From: Ostreococcus lucimarinus
Taxonomy: Eukaryota
DNA: 64,000 bases
Reading direction: 5' to 3' (one strand)
NCBI GenBank assembly: GCA_000092065.1
Contig: CP000601.1
Notes under the pieces: generated by a model
The model's input: the letters and a program-made list of their open reading frames with translations, nothing else
Told to the model about the DNA's origin: nothing
The model's database searches: none
Position numbers and translations under genes: made by a program
In this document: in pieces, positions 31,633 through 41,075 of the stretch
Numbering within the stretch: position 1 is the first letter of the stretch
Layout of the letters: each line of letters opens with the position of its first letter

Positions 31633-33540
31633 CTACACTTGAGGTCGCGTTTGAACGATGTAGAGCTGCCCATCTTCAGATATCGCGCCCTCAATGTCTT
31701 GAGGAGACCCACAAAGTGTCTCAATCTCTAGTGCAACCTTGGAGATGGTCGCTAAAAGCTTTTGTCGCTTGGTTTCGTCCGTAATGAGGCTGTCGGTGGA
31801 GTAGTCGACGTTTTTCAACGTTGCCTCCTCCATGGTGATGCTATCGTACAAGCCCGCACCGGCGAACCCTTCCAGGTCTTCGCCGTTACTATCGGATCGG
31901 AAAATAAGTGAATCTTGCTCCATGAAAAGTCCTTTTGACTTCGAAGGGAACCCGACGACGGTCGGATTATCCAAATTGCTCTTGGATGTCTTGAATGACA
32001 ATGCTCGACCAGAAAAGTTACCGACGAGCGCTTCGCCCAGACCACACACAAGCTCACCGTAAATTTCGCTCTTGTCGTTGTTTTGTGGATTCACTGTGTG
32101 CAGTACGAATGCGTATCGCGCACGAACGACGGGCTGACAAAGCACAGCCATGGACAAATCGGCGTGATTCAGCCCTGCCTTTTTGCAACTCAAAACGGCT
32201 CGCTCGTTGTACTTGCTTGCCCATACGCCAAGAATCGTCTTCCATGCCTTTTGACCTTGAGCGCTCGTCACGAGATCTCCCGGCCAACCGAGTGATTCGG
32301 CTTCGAAGGCGACTTTCAAACTTTTCGACAGGTCGGCCGTCGGTTTTAAAGTGGCGATACATGCCTTGACTTCCGCAATGAGTGCTTTGAAGCCAACGCC
32401 GTCTGTGGAGTCGTACGCTTCAAGTTGTTTGACTAACTCTGCAATTTGTCTCTTTGCGCCTGCATTCTCAGGGACATCAAGAACTGCATCGAACGTACCA
32501 AAAGGCATCGCAACGGACGGCGGTAACTTTATGAGGTTTGAGACTCGACCGCGAAGGAGTTGCAAGTTTCGAGATTTGCCGCCGACAAGCTCTGGGGTAA
32601 ACTCTGATGACGTGGCGACAAATTTTCCTTGAAACGGACGTTTGATGATCGATATGTCACTCGAAACGGAATCGCTCGACGATGTTGCTATGACCTCCGC
32701 GTCGGTACCGATGATGCCGTCGACAACATCGAATTGCAAATCGTCGCCCTGCGCAGACGGCTTGAGTTGCACGGATTTCCCGGTCATGGCTTTCATCTGT
32801 TCTAGAACATTCACGTCAAACAAAGTAGCGAAAAGAACCTTTTCGTTACGGGCGCGAACGGCGCAGTGAGACAGCACATCTGGCATATCAGGAGTAACGA
32901 TCGCGACCACGCCAACCGGAATGTCCTCTTCGCCACCAACGCGGTCGGCAATAATGACAGTCGGTTGAGAATACTTGACATTTTGCACATCGGCGAGGGA
33001 TGCGACCGAAACAATCACGCCACTACACTCGGCGTTACTGACGATTTGCCAGCTGCCCATGTTCGCAACATTACGAATAACTGGGTCGAGAACTCTGAGC
33101 ATTTGAGAAAGTGGCGCCGCTGCAGTTCCACGGATGATTTCTTCCGAGAACAGGTCGAGCACGTGTCCATCCACACCGAGCTTGTTTCCCATGCTCTGTG
33201 CCGTCGGCTGAAGTGCGTCAATATAGCGCTGAGAAATTTCGCCAAGCGAGTTTTGCAGTCGATCGCACACCGCTTTTGCCTGCAAAGCCCAATCTCCTTG
33301 GCGTCTCGCTGCTTCAAGCACATTTTGCCACTCTTTCAGGCAAATGCGCAACTCGTGGTTGCCGCTTGCAGACATGCAAAGATTCTCGAGGACGAGGCTC
33401 ATGATTCTCAAAACTTCGTAAGGAGCTCGAGTAGGCAAAGATTCAAGAGATCCTTCGATGACCGAACGCGCCGCACCTTCTAACGCAAGGTTGCGCAGAC
33501 CTTCGCAACCTTCGCGACCTTCGCCGAAACGCTCGAGCAC
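31633..33540 (-). CDS. Alpha-glucan water dikinase (GWD/R1 family) catalytic half: phosphohistidine + nucleotide-binding domains only
   Basis: GVVAIVTPDMPDVLSHCAVRARNEKVLFATLFD (GWD phospho-His region) and C-terminal RSDSNGEDLEGFAGAGLYDSITMEEA...GSPQDIEGAISEDGQLYIVQTRPQV match the GWD C-terminus. No CBM45/starch-binding N-terminal region present before the next gene. Confidence 0.8.
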   Translation of the reverse strand: MLERFGEGREGCEGLRNLALEGAARSVIEGSLESLPTRAPYEVLRIMSLVLENLCMSASGNHELRICLKEWQNVLEAARRQGDWALQAKAVCDRLQNSLGEISQRYIDALQPTAQSMGNKLGVDGHVLDLFSEEIIRGTAAAPLSQMLRVLDPVIRNVANMGSWQIVSNAECSGVIVSVASLADVQNVKYSQPTVIIADRVGGEEDIPVGVVAIVTPDMPDVLSHCAVRARNEKVLFATLFDVNVLEQMKAMTGKSVQLKPSAQGDDLQFDVVDGIIGTDAEVIATSSSDSVSSDISIIKRPFQGKFVATSSEFTPELVGGKSRNLQLLRGRVSNLIKLPPSVAMPFGTFDAVLDVPENAGAKRQIAELVKQLEAYDSTDGVGFKALIAEVKACIATLKPTADLSKSLKVAFEAESLGWPGDLVTSAQGQKAWKTILGVWASKYNERAVLSCKKAGLNHADLSMAVLCQPVVRARYAFVLHTVNPQNNDKSEIYGELVCGLGEALVGNFSGRALSFKTSKSNLDNPTVVGFPSKSKGLFMEQDSLIFRSDSNGEDLEGFAGAGLYDSITMEEATLKNVDYSTDSLITDETKRQKLLATISKVALEIETLCGSPQDIEGAISEDGQLYIVQTRPQV

Positions 33541-33709
33541 TTGTTGCTCATGCGCCGAACCGAGCGGGAGGAAATTTCAGCGCGCGCGCGCGCGCGTAGT
33601 GACATTTTCAGCGAAACAGAATTCAACTCAAACTTCATCGACAGTCTCGTCAACTCTGGCGTTCTCTAGTGATGATAGGTATTAGCATTGCAATGCAACT
33701 CTCGACGCT

Positions 33710-34336
33710 TCATTCTGATTCCGAATCGTCTTCTTCCTCGTCCTCGTCTTCGTCTTCTTCCTCTGAACTCTCTTCCTCGTCTTCGTCCTCGTCTTCCTCT
33801 TCCTCCTCTTCATCATCCTCGTCTTCTTCCTCCTCTTCGTCGTCGTCGTCGTCGTCGTCATCTTCCTCTTCGTCCTCCTCGGACATTTCTTCGTCGTCTT
33901 CCCCTTCGTCCTCTTCCTCCTCGTCCCCGGCCTCGCCAGAGATTAACTTTTCCAAATTCTTCATCTCCGCCTCCAAGTACTCCTTACGCTTCAGCTTCTT
34001 CGTCTGTTGCGCATCCATGCGAGTGCCCTCGCTTCGCTTTCGCTCCAAGTCTTCAATCTGCCGCAGCTTCTTCGCGAGCGCCCTGTACCTGACTTCCAAC
34101 GCCCCGTATTTCACCCCACCTTCCCGTCGCATCGCTTGGTCGTTCGACGCTCGCGCGCTGTTCCCAGACATTTTCAACGTGTCTCGCGCCGCCTTCTCAG
34201 CCTTGCGTTTCTGCGCGTACGTGATTCCCGGCTTTTTCGCGCTCTCCAACTTGGCGATTTGTTTGCGCGCCTTCGCGTTGTTCGGCACCGCCTCGCGCTT
34301 CGTGCGCGCCTTGTTCGTGCGATTTTGCGACCCCAT
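33710..34336 (-). CDS. Small basic/coiled-coil protein with long poly-acidic (D/E) C-terminal tail (hypothetical)
   Basis: ORF MGSQNRTNKARTKRE...KKLRQIEDLERKRSEG...KNLEKLISGEAGDEEEED... ending in about 70 residues of D/E encoded by GAA/GAG/GAC repeats. No family recognised. Confidence 0.4.
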   Translation of the reverse strand: MGSQNRTNKARTKREAVPNNAKARKQIAKLESAKKPGITYAQKRKAEKAARDTLKMSGNSARASNDQAMRREGGVKYGALEVRYRALAKKLRQIEDLERKRSEGTRMDAQQTKKLKRKEYLEAEMKNLEKLISGEAGDEEEEDEGEDDEEMSEEDEEEDDDDDDDDEEEEEDEDDEEEEEEDEDEDEEESSEEEDEDEDEEEDDSESE

Positions 34337-34448
34337 CGCGTCGTGCGTTACGTTTTCTACTTCGACGTTCGCGCGCTTCGCTTTCGCAGAGCGTCGCGGG
34401 AAGCGGACGCGTCTCGAAGTGCGCCGCCGCCGCCGCCGTTTTTTGGTA

Positions 34449-35138
34449 TTACAGCGCCGTGGCTCGCGGATACGGCGAATCGTCGTCTTCTGCGTCGTCT
34501 ACGTCTACGTCTACGTCTAAATCGTCGTCTAAATCGTCGTCTAATAATAACTTCGCCCTGTTCCAGAACGATTCGAGGTCGACGCTCGCGTCGTCGTCGT
34601 CGTCGTCGTCCCGGTCGTCGTGTCGCGGCGATTCCAGTTCCGGCGTTCCGGCGTCCACTCGCGCGCTTCGTCTTCCCATCGATCCCATCCACTTCCCAAC
34701 GCGTCGCGCGTCGCGCAAGCGCTCGATGATCACTGACCGCATCCGAGTCGCCGTCTTCGCGACCGCGGTCGCGCAGTGCTCCCCCGCGCGTTCGCGTTCG
34801 CGTTCGCCGCGCGTCCTCGGCGCGAGCGTCTCCAGCGCGCGCACCAGGTCCACGAACTCCCTCGCGCTCGTCCCGCGCGCGCGCTTATCGGGATGATGCT
34901 CTAACGCTTTTCTTCGAAACGCCCTTCGCGCTTCGACGCGCACGCGCGCGGCGTCGCGCGCGTCGCGTCGTTCGTTCGCGGCCGTTACCAGCCCGAGCGT
35001 TTTCATCGCCTTCGCGCGCGCCGCATCGCTCGCGAACGCGCGCTCGACGGCGGGGCGGACGCACGCGGCGTCGTATGTTATCGCGATCAGCGCCACCAAC
35101 GCGGAGACGCAGGCGCCGACGCGCGCGGCGCGCTTCAT
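34449..35138 (-). CDS. J-domain (DnaJ-like) membrane-anchored protein
   Basis: N-terminal hydrophobic anchor (MKRAARVGACVSALVALIAITY) and J-domain with HPD motif (RRAFRRKALEHHPDKRARGTSAREFVDLVRALETL). ORF opens at 35321; start ATG 35138. Confidence 0.5.
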   Translation of the reverse strand: MKRAARVGACVSALVALIAITYDAACVRPAVERAFASDAARAKAMKTLGLVTAANERRDARDAARVRVEARRAFRRKALEHHPDKRARGTSAREFVDLVRALETLAPRTRGERERERAGEHCATAVAKTATRMRSVIIERLRDARRVGKWMGSMGRRSARVDAGTPELESPRHDDRDDDDDDDASVDLESFWNRAKLLLDDDLDDDLDVDVDVDDAEDDDSPYPRATAL

Positions 35139-35141
35139 TGA

Positions 35142-36386
35142 GTGACGCGCGGGAGATATTTCGAGCGGGACGCGATCGTCATGACATCGCTTCGTTGCGT
35201 CGCGCGCGACGCCGCGTTCGCGCGATCGACGCGCGTGACGCGTCGATCGAGGCGCGCGGGAACGGTGCGCGCGATGTCGGACGGCATGGACGCGTTCATG
35301 CCGCCGCACCGCGCGAATCAATCGTCATCGTCAACGACATCGTCTTCGACGGCGACGGCGACGATGACGAGCGGAAGCGAAGACCTGGATCCCGTCGTCG
35401 CGCGATCTCGCGAGGTGCTCGAGATGGCCACGGTCGGGGACTTGCTGCGCGTCACCGCGGAAGCGGCGGATGGGAGCGGACGCGATCGCGCGGATGAAGA
35501 CGAGACGCGAGACGCGCTGCGGTGGTTCGTCGTGAAGCGAGTGGGGATGAGCACGGGTGGACGACAGCTCGTCGAGGGTGAGTTAGAGGGGAAGAAGGCG
35601 CAGATATTGGATCAGGGCGGGGCGAATCAGGCGCGGATTGGGATCTCGGGAGCGTTGCTGGACGAGCGAACGCCGCTGACGAGGCTGAAAAACGTGCGAG
35701 ACGCGGACAAGTTTAAACGCGCGATTAAGTCGTACGAGCGACGGGTCGAACGGGAAAGCGATGCTTTAACGCTGGTTTCGAGCGTGGATAAGGCGCTGAC
35801 GTTGAATGGGTTAGAACAAGCGGTGAAGAAGAACCCGCGCTTTTGGACGGAGGGCGACGGCGCGCACTCGAGGCGAGTCATCAAGGACCCCACGGAGAGC
35901 GCGACGAAGATGACGGGGGAACTCTTGGCGCTGAAACACGGTCACCGAGATGTGGTGTTGATGCAAATCGTGTGCGACTGGACGGATGCGCTCGAAGATA
36001 GCGTTCGCGCCCCGTTCGCAGCGGCGACGCTTGAGGACATGTTGACGCAGGATGCGTCTATTTCAATGAGACTTTCAGAAGCGAGGTATCAAGTGGGAGA
36101 GGATAAAGATGGTAACCCCGAGTTCTCCAACGGCATCACAGCGGTAATTTATCGCGAGACCGCCAAGGAAACCGCGAACGTGCTCGTCTCCATGGGCGTT
36201 CAGGCGACGCGAAACATCGCAGGAGCGTTTCAGCAAGCCTTGGTCGGCGTCGCGCTCGGCTACACCGATGAAAATATCGCGCACCACATTCGCCGACTTC
36301 ACAACGAAGACAAGTTGACGGATGAAGATATATTTGCTTTGATTATCACCGCGAGGGATGAAAAGGAAGCACTGAACGCAAAGTAG
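35142..36386 (+). CDS. Hypothetical protein with transit-peptide-like leader (no family recognised)
   Basis: 414-codon ORF with coding GC3 usage; the later part (LVSSVDKALTLNGLEQAVKKNPRFWTEGDGAHSRRVIKDPTE..., VLMQIVCDWTDALEDSVRAPFAAATLEDMLT) looks globular. Start uncertain (ATG 35142/35181/35274). Confidence 0.4.
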   Translation: MTRGRYFERDAIVMTSLRCVARDAAFARSTRVTRRSRRAGTVRAMSDGMDAFMPPHRANQSSSSTTSSSTATATMTSGSEDLDPVVARSREVLEMATVGDLLRVTAEAADGSGRDRADEDETRDALRWFVVKRVGMSTGGRQLVEGELEGKKAQILDQGGANQARIGISGALLDERTPLTRLKNVRDADKFKRAIKSYERRVERESDALTLVSSVDKALTLNGLEQAVKKNPRFWTEGDGAHSRRVIKDPTESATKMTGELLALKHGHRDVVLMQIVCDWTDALEDSVRAPFAAATLEDMLTQDASISMRLSEARYQVGEDKDGNPEFSNGITAVIYRETAKETANVLVSMGVQATRNIAGAFQQALVGVALGYTDENIAHHIRRLHNEDKLTDEDIFALIITARDEKEALNAK

Positions 36387-36446
36387 TACGCAACGCGCGC
36401 GAGCTGTAAAACACGAGAAGCAAGTAATCTCTACGCACTCTACAAT

Positions 36447-37211
36447 CTACATCACAATCTCTAAAAACGAACACCTTTCACACTTTGCGACGCACGCATC
36501 TAAACCGTACTCATCGCGCACGCTAAACCGAAGCCCACCAGCGTTGCCGCACCCGCGTGAGACGTGTGCCTCAAATGTCTCCGCCAAACGTCGCTTCAAG
36601 TACGTCAACCCTACGTTTTCATCGGCACGCGCGATTCTAAAGTCCCCACACGCGCAAAATAACACGTGCCTGTTGTAAAGCACCCGTCTCGTGGCGCACA
36701 CCGGACACAAGACGTCTTCGCCGCTCGACTCGGCGTTCTCGCCGACGTCCTCCGCCTCGGGAAATTTCCATCGCTCAAACGCCTCAATCGCCCGCGTCAA
36801 CCGCTCCTGTTCTTCCTCGTCTTCGCGATATTCTACCTCTGCGCGCTCGCTCATCAATCGCTCTTCGTTCGCGAGTTCTCGTTCCATCGCGTCTTGCATC
36901 GCGAGCAACACGCGCTCGACTTCAGCCTCCGTCAAGCGCGCGTAATCATCCTCGTCCTCGTCGTCCTCGTCGAAATCATCGACGTCGGCGTCTCTGACGC
37001 CGCGCACCGAACCCACGCGTCCTCCTCTCACCTTTCTGCGCTTCGCGTGCTGTTCGAGCACGATTTCGCGACACCGCGCGGCGTCGAACGACGACGCCGT
37101 CCCGCTCGCGCTCGCCTTCTCATCCGCACCGCCGCGCGTCCGCGCGCGCTTACCCACGAGTCCGAGGACGACGCGCACGCACGCGCTTTCGAGCGATTCG
37201 TCCGCGCGCAT
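36447..37211 (-). CDS. RPA-interacting-protein-like zinc-finger protein (tentative)
   Basis: Acidic coiled-coil region then C-terminal Cys cluster (CPVCATRRVLYNRHVLFCACGDFRI...HVSRGCGNAGG...CVAKCERCSFLEIVM) reminiscent of the RPAIN zinc ribbon. ORF opens at 37358; start ATG 37211. Confidence 0.35.
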   Translation of the reverse strand: MRADESLESACVRVVLGLVGKRARTRGGADEKASASGTASSFDAARCREIVLEQHAKRRKVRGGRVGSVRGVRDADVDDFDEDDEDEDDYARLTEAEVERVLLAMQDAMERELANEERLMSERAEVEYREDEEEQERLTRAIEAFERWKFPEAEDVGENAESSGEDVLCPVCATRRVLYNRHVLFCACGDFRIARADENVGLTYLKRRLAETFEAHVSRGCGNAGGLRFSVRDEYGLDACVAKCERCSFLEIVM

Positions 37212-37299
37212 GCCGACGCGCGCGCGCGACGCGCTGCGGCGTCGCGGTTCGCGCGCGCGCGCGGTTTGAACTCGAAATTTTTCGCCGTCGCGCGGCGAT

Positions 37300-37345
37300 C
37301 GTGTGACTGTTCGCCTTTTGTGACTGTTTTTGTGACTGTTCTTAT
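37300..37345. promoter_or_regulatory. Triple direct repeat TGTGACTGTT in a divergent promoter
   Basis: gtgactgttcgccttttgtgactgtttttgtgactgttctt lies between minus-strand gene start 37211 and plus-strand gene start 37388. Confidence 0.4.
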
Positions 37346-37387
37346 CCTCGTGCCTCACTCGACGCCGCGACGACGCTCGATCGCGCG

Positions 37388-38386
37388 ATGGCGCGCGCGA
37401 AAAAGCGCGCGCGGACGATCGCGCGCGCGGCGCTCGTCGTCTCGACGGCGCTCGCGATCGAGGGCGCGCGCGCGACGACGTTCACCGCGGACGGCCGCTC
37501 GTGCAAATGGCCGCTGGAGCTCGCGGAGGACGTCTTCGTGAACGAGTGCGTGCCCTACGGACGAGACGGGGCGCTGTGGTGCGTGGCGGAGGAGGACGGA
37601 AAATGGGGCGTGTGCGCGGACTTGGATTTCGACGCGAGCGCGCGCGGGAAGGTTTCGATGGAGGCCGCGGCGCGGGCGGCGACGACGCTGGCGCGCGAGG
37701 AAGAGCTAACGTACGAAGCGAGGCGACAGGCGATGGAAGTGTTGGAATCAACGTCGACGCTGATGTTGAAGGCGTTGGCGCGCGAAAGCATCGAAATCGA
37801 GGGTAAGATCGTAGAGAATCCTGTCGTTGAATTTCTAGCCAAACGTCAGAGAGAACGACCCGACAACTTCAACGCCGTGAACGACCCGACAACTTCAACG
37901 CCGGCGCCGGCGTCGACGACTTCCCCACCTTTACAACGGCCGCCGCCTTCGCCTCCGCCGCCTTCGCCACCGCCACTTTCGCCACCGCCACCGAATCAAC
38001 CGCGGTGCGTCGCGAGAACGGATATTCGATGGGAGAGCCCGCAAGCAGACGGATCTTCAGAGTTTGGCATGGACATTTACATCGTGCTCGCATCGGGTGA
38101 AAGCATCAGCGGCGGGTGGAAGATTTTGTTCAAGTTTGCGCGCGATGGTGTTGTGTTATACTCAAGTAGCGCGTACGGTGCGGACGCGCGCACGATGTAC
38201 GCGCCGGAGGACGGTCGCGTCTTCGAGTTGCGCGATCGCGGATACGACGCGTACATCGCGTTGTACTCCACGAAGCGGATCGGATTCAATGTGCGCACGC
38301 GCTCGGCGCAATCCTTACGCTTGTCGACTCTCGCAGTGAACGGTGAGGATTGCGAGATTGTATCCGAGTCTTCGATTCGCGCGTGA
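37388..38386 (+). CDS. Secreted modular protein: signal peptide + FN2-like Cys domain + Pro-rich (SPPPP) linker + CBM2-like carbohydrate-binding domain
   Basis: Signal peptide MARAKKRARTIARAALVVSTALAIEGA. FN2-like pattern CKWPLE...CVPYGRDGALWCVAEEDGKWGVC. Linker PPLQRPPPSPPPPSPPPLSPPPP. C-terminal domain C..IRW...GGWKILFKF...IGFNV...LAVNGEDC resembling bacterial CBM2 (W..GF / GWtltFtF / fGF / ftLNG..C). Confidence 0.5.
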   Translation: MARAKKRARTIARAALVVSTALAIEGARATTFTADGRSCKWPLELAEDVFVNECVPYGRDGALWCVAEEDGKWGVCADLDFDASARGKVSMEAAARAATTLAREEELTYEARRQAMEVLESTSTLMLKALARESIEIEGKIVENPVVEFLAKRQRERPDNFNAVNDPTTSTPAPASTTSPPLQRPPPSPPPPSPPPLSPPPPNQPRCVARTDIRWESPQADGSSEFGMDIYIVLASGESISGGWKILFKFARDGVVLYSSSAYGADARTMYAPEDGRVFELRDRGYDAYIALYSTKRIGFNVRTRSAQSLRLSTLAVNGEDCEIVSESSIRA

Positions 38387-38461
38387 CCGCACCGCGTTGA
38401 AAAGCAAATCAAGTCGCGCTGCAGCAGCATTAAAAAATAAAATAAAACAATCCATCGCGAT

Positions 38462-39535
38462 CTAAACTTGATGCATCGCCTTGACTTCGGTGAGAACATT
38501 TCGCACTTTATCATCGGGCTCGTCTCTCAGCCCGGGAATCTCGCCGACGTCCGTTGAGGCGTCGCCCAAGAGCGCGCGGAAAGAATCCGCGACGCCTTCG
38601 CTCAAACCCACCAAATCATACCCGCCCTCTAATAAGAACACGATTTTCCCGCCGCACATCTCATTCGCCAGTTCTTTCAACTTTGTGCAAAGACGATGGT
38701 ACGTTCCCGTGCGAAACGTCAACCCAGCGAGAGGATCTCGCCAGTGCGCGTCGTAGCCGGCACTGACGATGATGAAGTCGGGTTGGAACCGCGCCGCCGC
38801 CGGAACGACGATTTCTTCCAAAGCGCTCAACACCGCCTTATCACCGCTTCCCGGAGGCAAAGGTATATTAATAGTCGCACCCAGACCATCGCCTTCGCCC
38901 ATATCCGTAATCTTCCCCGTCCCCGGATAGCTCCCGTCCTCGTGCGTGGAGATGAACAGCACGGAATCGTCGTCTCGGAAAATATCATTCGTACCGTTAC
39001 CGTGGTGCACGTCGTAATCGAAAATGAGCACTTTTTTATGCCCTCTAAGCTGCGCGTGTCTCGCCGCCGCCGCCGCGGTGCCGACCAAACAAAATCCCAT
39101 CGCCCCTCGCGGCACCGCGTGGTGTCCCGGTGGGCGTATCAAACCAAACGCGCTCGGCGCCTTTTCTTTCGTCTCCTTCGCGCGATCGATCACCTCATCC
39201 ACCAATCGCGTCGCCGCACCGACGCCTAGCATCACGTCTTGAAAGCTCGACGGCGTGCAGTACGTCGGTGCGGTGTCTAAATTCGTCGGCGCTCGCGTGG
39301 CGCACAACAACTCGAGCCCGTTGCAGTAATTCTTCGCGTGCACACGCTCGAGCGCCTTTTTCGTCGCCGGCACGACGTCTGTGATCTCCAACACCTCACC
39401 CGGTCTCGCGGCGGGGGTCAGAGCGCCCGCCTCGAGGGCGTCTAAGATGGCGGGCACGCGAGCGTTGCTCTCCGGGTGCCCCAACTGCACGTGCTCCAGC
39501 GCGGCGGAGGTGGCAAAGAGCAGCGACGGGGACGA

Positions 39536-39566
<31 letters not shown>

Positions 39567-39661
39567 ATTCGTCGCGCGCGAGACGGGTGACGCTCGGCGC
39601 GACGCGACGCGCGCGGTGACGCGGGCGCGACGCGAGTGAGATGGACGCGAGGACGCGCCAT
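38462..39661 (-). CDS. Class II (HDA14/AcuC-type) histone deacetylase with organelle-targeting-like leader
   Basis: HDAC catalytic blocks: GFCLVGTAAAAARH, KVLIFDYDVHHGNGTNDIF, VLFISTHEDGSYPGTG, FQPDFIIVSAGYDAHWRDPLAGL, LLEGGYDL. Confidence 0.8.
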
Positions 39662-40008
39662 GGGGTCGAAGAGTGAAGTTGGGCGCTATTGCAACTCGAG
39701 CTAGAAATGGCCGCATTGATCGCATCGTCGCGTCGTCGTCGTCGCCATGGGCGCGTGCGCGAGCATATGCGAGAGCACGCCGGACGTGCCGGCGAACATC
39801 ATCGCCGACCCGGAGGTGCGCGCTCGGACGCGCGCGCGTCGCGCCGAGGCGCCGTCGAATCGAATCGGACGTCGCGCGCGATGATGGATGCGTCGTGGCG
39901 AACGAGTGAACGCGCGCGCCGCGACGCGACGCGACGAACGACTGACGACGAGACGAACGCGCGACGCGCCACCAGGGACCGAGCAAATTCGTCGTCAAGT
40001 CGTGCTCG

Positions 40009-40803
40009 ATGTTCAACAAGGACTACGAAGTCTATCGAGACGAAGTGGGACCGAACAATCGCTGGCTGTTTCTGAATCGCGAAGGGAAGGGTTTCTTCGA
40101 CCCGACTGGGTACATTGACTTGGAAAACTACACGCGAATCGACCCGAACGATAAGAAGAAAGGGCAAGTGCTGTGGAAGTTGAAGTACAACGAAAAACCG
40201 CACTTTGATATGGGGATGTCGCTCGGAGCCGACTCGGAGGACGACGGCGACGATAACCCCAACGTTCGAACCGTGACGAACATGTTCAAGCAGATGATGC
40301 AACAGATGCAGATGGGAGAGAACAGGTTTTACTCTATGAAATGGCGCACGTTTTCCGAGGCCAAGTTGAAGTCGGTGAAGACCCCGGGCGGGGCGTACTC
40401 GGTGAAGATCAAAGCCAAAGGCTACTGCACGCGTCAAGTGTCGGTGCACTATACCAGAGACGAACAAGGACACCAACGTCGGAATGTGAACGTCACCGAC
40501 AAGGAGTACGTGACGAAGATTTCGTACAAGATCAAGACCGCCGATGGGACGACGATCGATCGATTCGATCTCTTCTGCTGCGAAGGCTCCGACTTGAAGT
40601 GGGAGTGCGCCGCCTTCACCGCCGAGCTCCGCGGCGGTTGGATTTCCAAGTACCCGCACGAGATCACGACCAAGCCCGGCATCGATCCCGGTTTCGCCTT
40701 GCTCTTCGCGCACGTTTGCGTCACTGAGTTTGCACCGGACGAGATCAAGAAGGACTTGAAGCCCAACTGGAATCAGTGCCCCGGATACATCAATCCGTAT
40801 TGA
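40009..40803 (+). CDS. Hypothetical 264-aa protein, no family recognised
   Basis: Clean ORF with good coding compositional signal (MFNKDYEVYRDEVGPNNRWLFLNREGKGFFDPTGYIDLENY...FCCEGSDLKWECAAFTAELRGGWISKYPHE...). Confidence 0.45.
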   Translation: MFNKDYEVYRDEVGPNNRWLFLNREGKGFFDPTGYIDLENYTRIDPNDKKKGQVLWKLKYNEKPHFDMGMSLGADSEDDGDDNPNVRTVTNMFKQMMQQMQMGENRFYSMKWRTFSEAKLKSVKTPGGAYSVKIKAKGYCTRQVSVHYTRDEQGHQRRNVNVTDKEYVTKISYKIKTADGTTIDRFDLFCCEGSDLKWECAAFTAELRGGWISKYPHEITTKPGIDPGFALLFAHVCVTEFAPDEIKKDLKPNWNQCPGYINPY

Positions 40804-41075
40804 TGAAACCAACGTTCCGCCGCGTTCCGTTCCGGCGCGCGACGTGACATGCGTCTACGAATGACTCTATTTACGGTTAATAAGATAAATATATAATCAT
40901 ACACGCACTCCTTTGCGTCGTCCATCGCCGTTCGATCTCGCGCGTCTCGTCGCGATGGACGTCTCGCGCCCCCGGTCGGTTGCCCGGGGCCCGGGTGTCC
41001 GTCCAACGAGATCGCCCACGGATCGTTCGCCTTCGGTCGTCACTCGCGCGCGCGGTCGACTTCCCGCCGCTCGCG

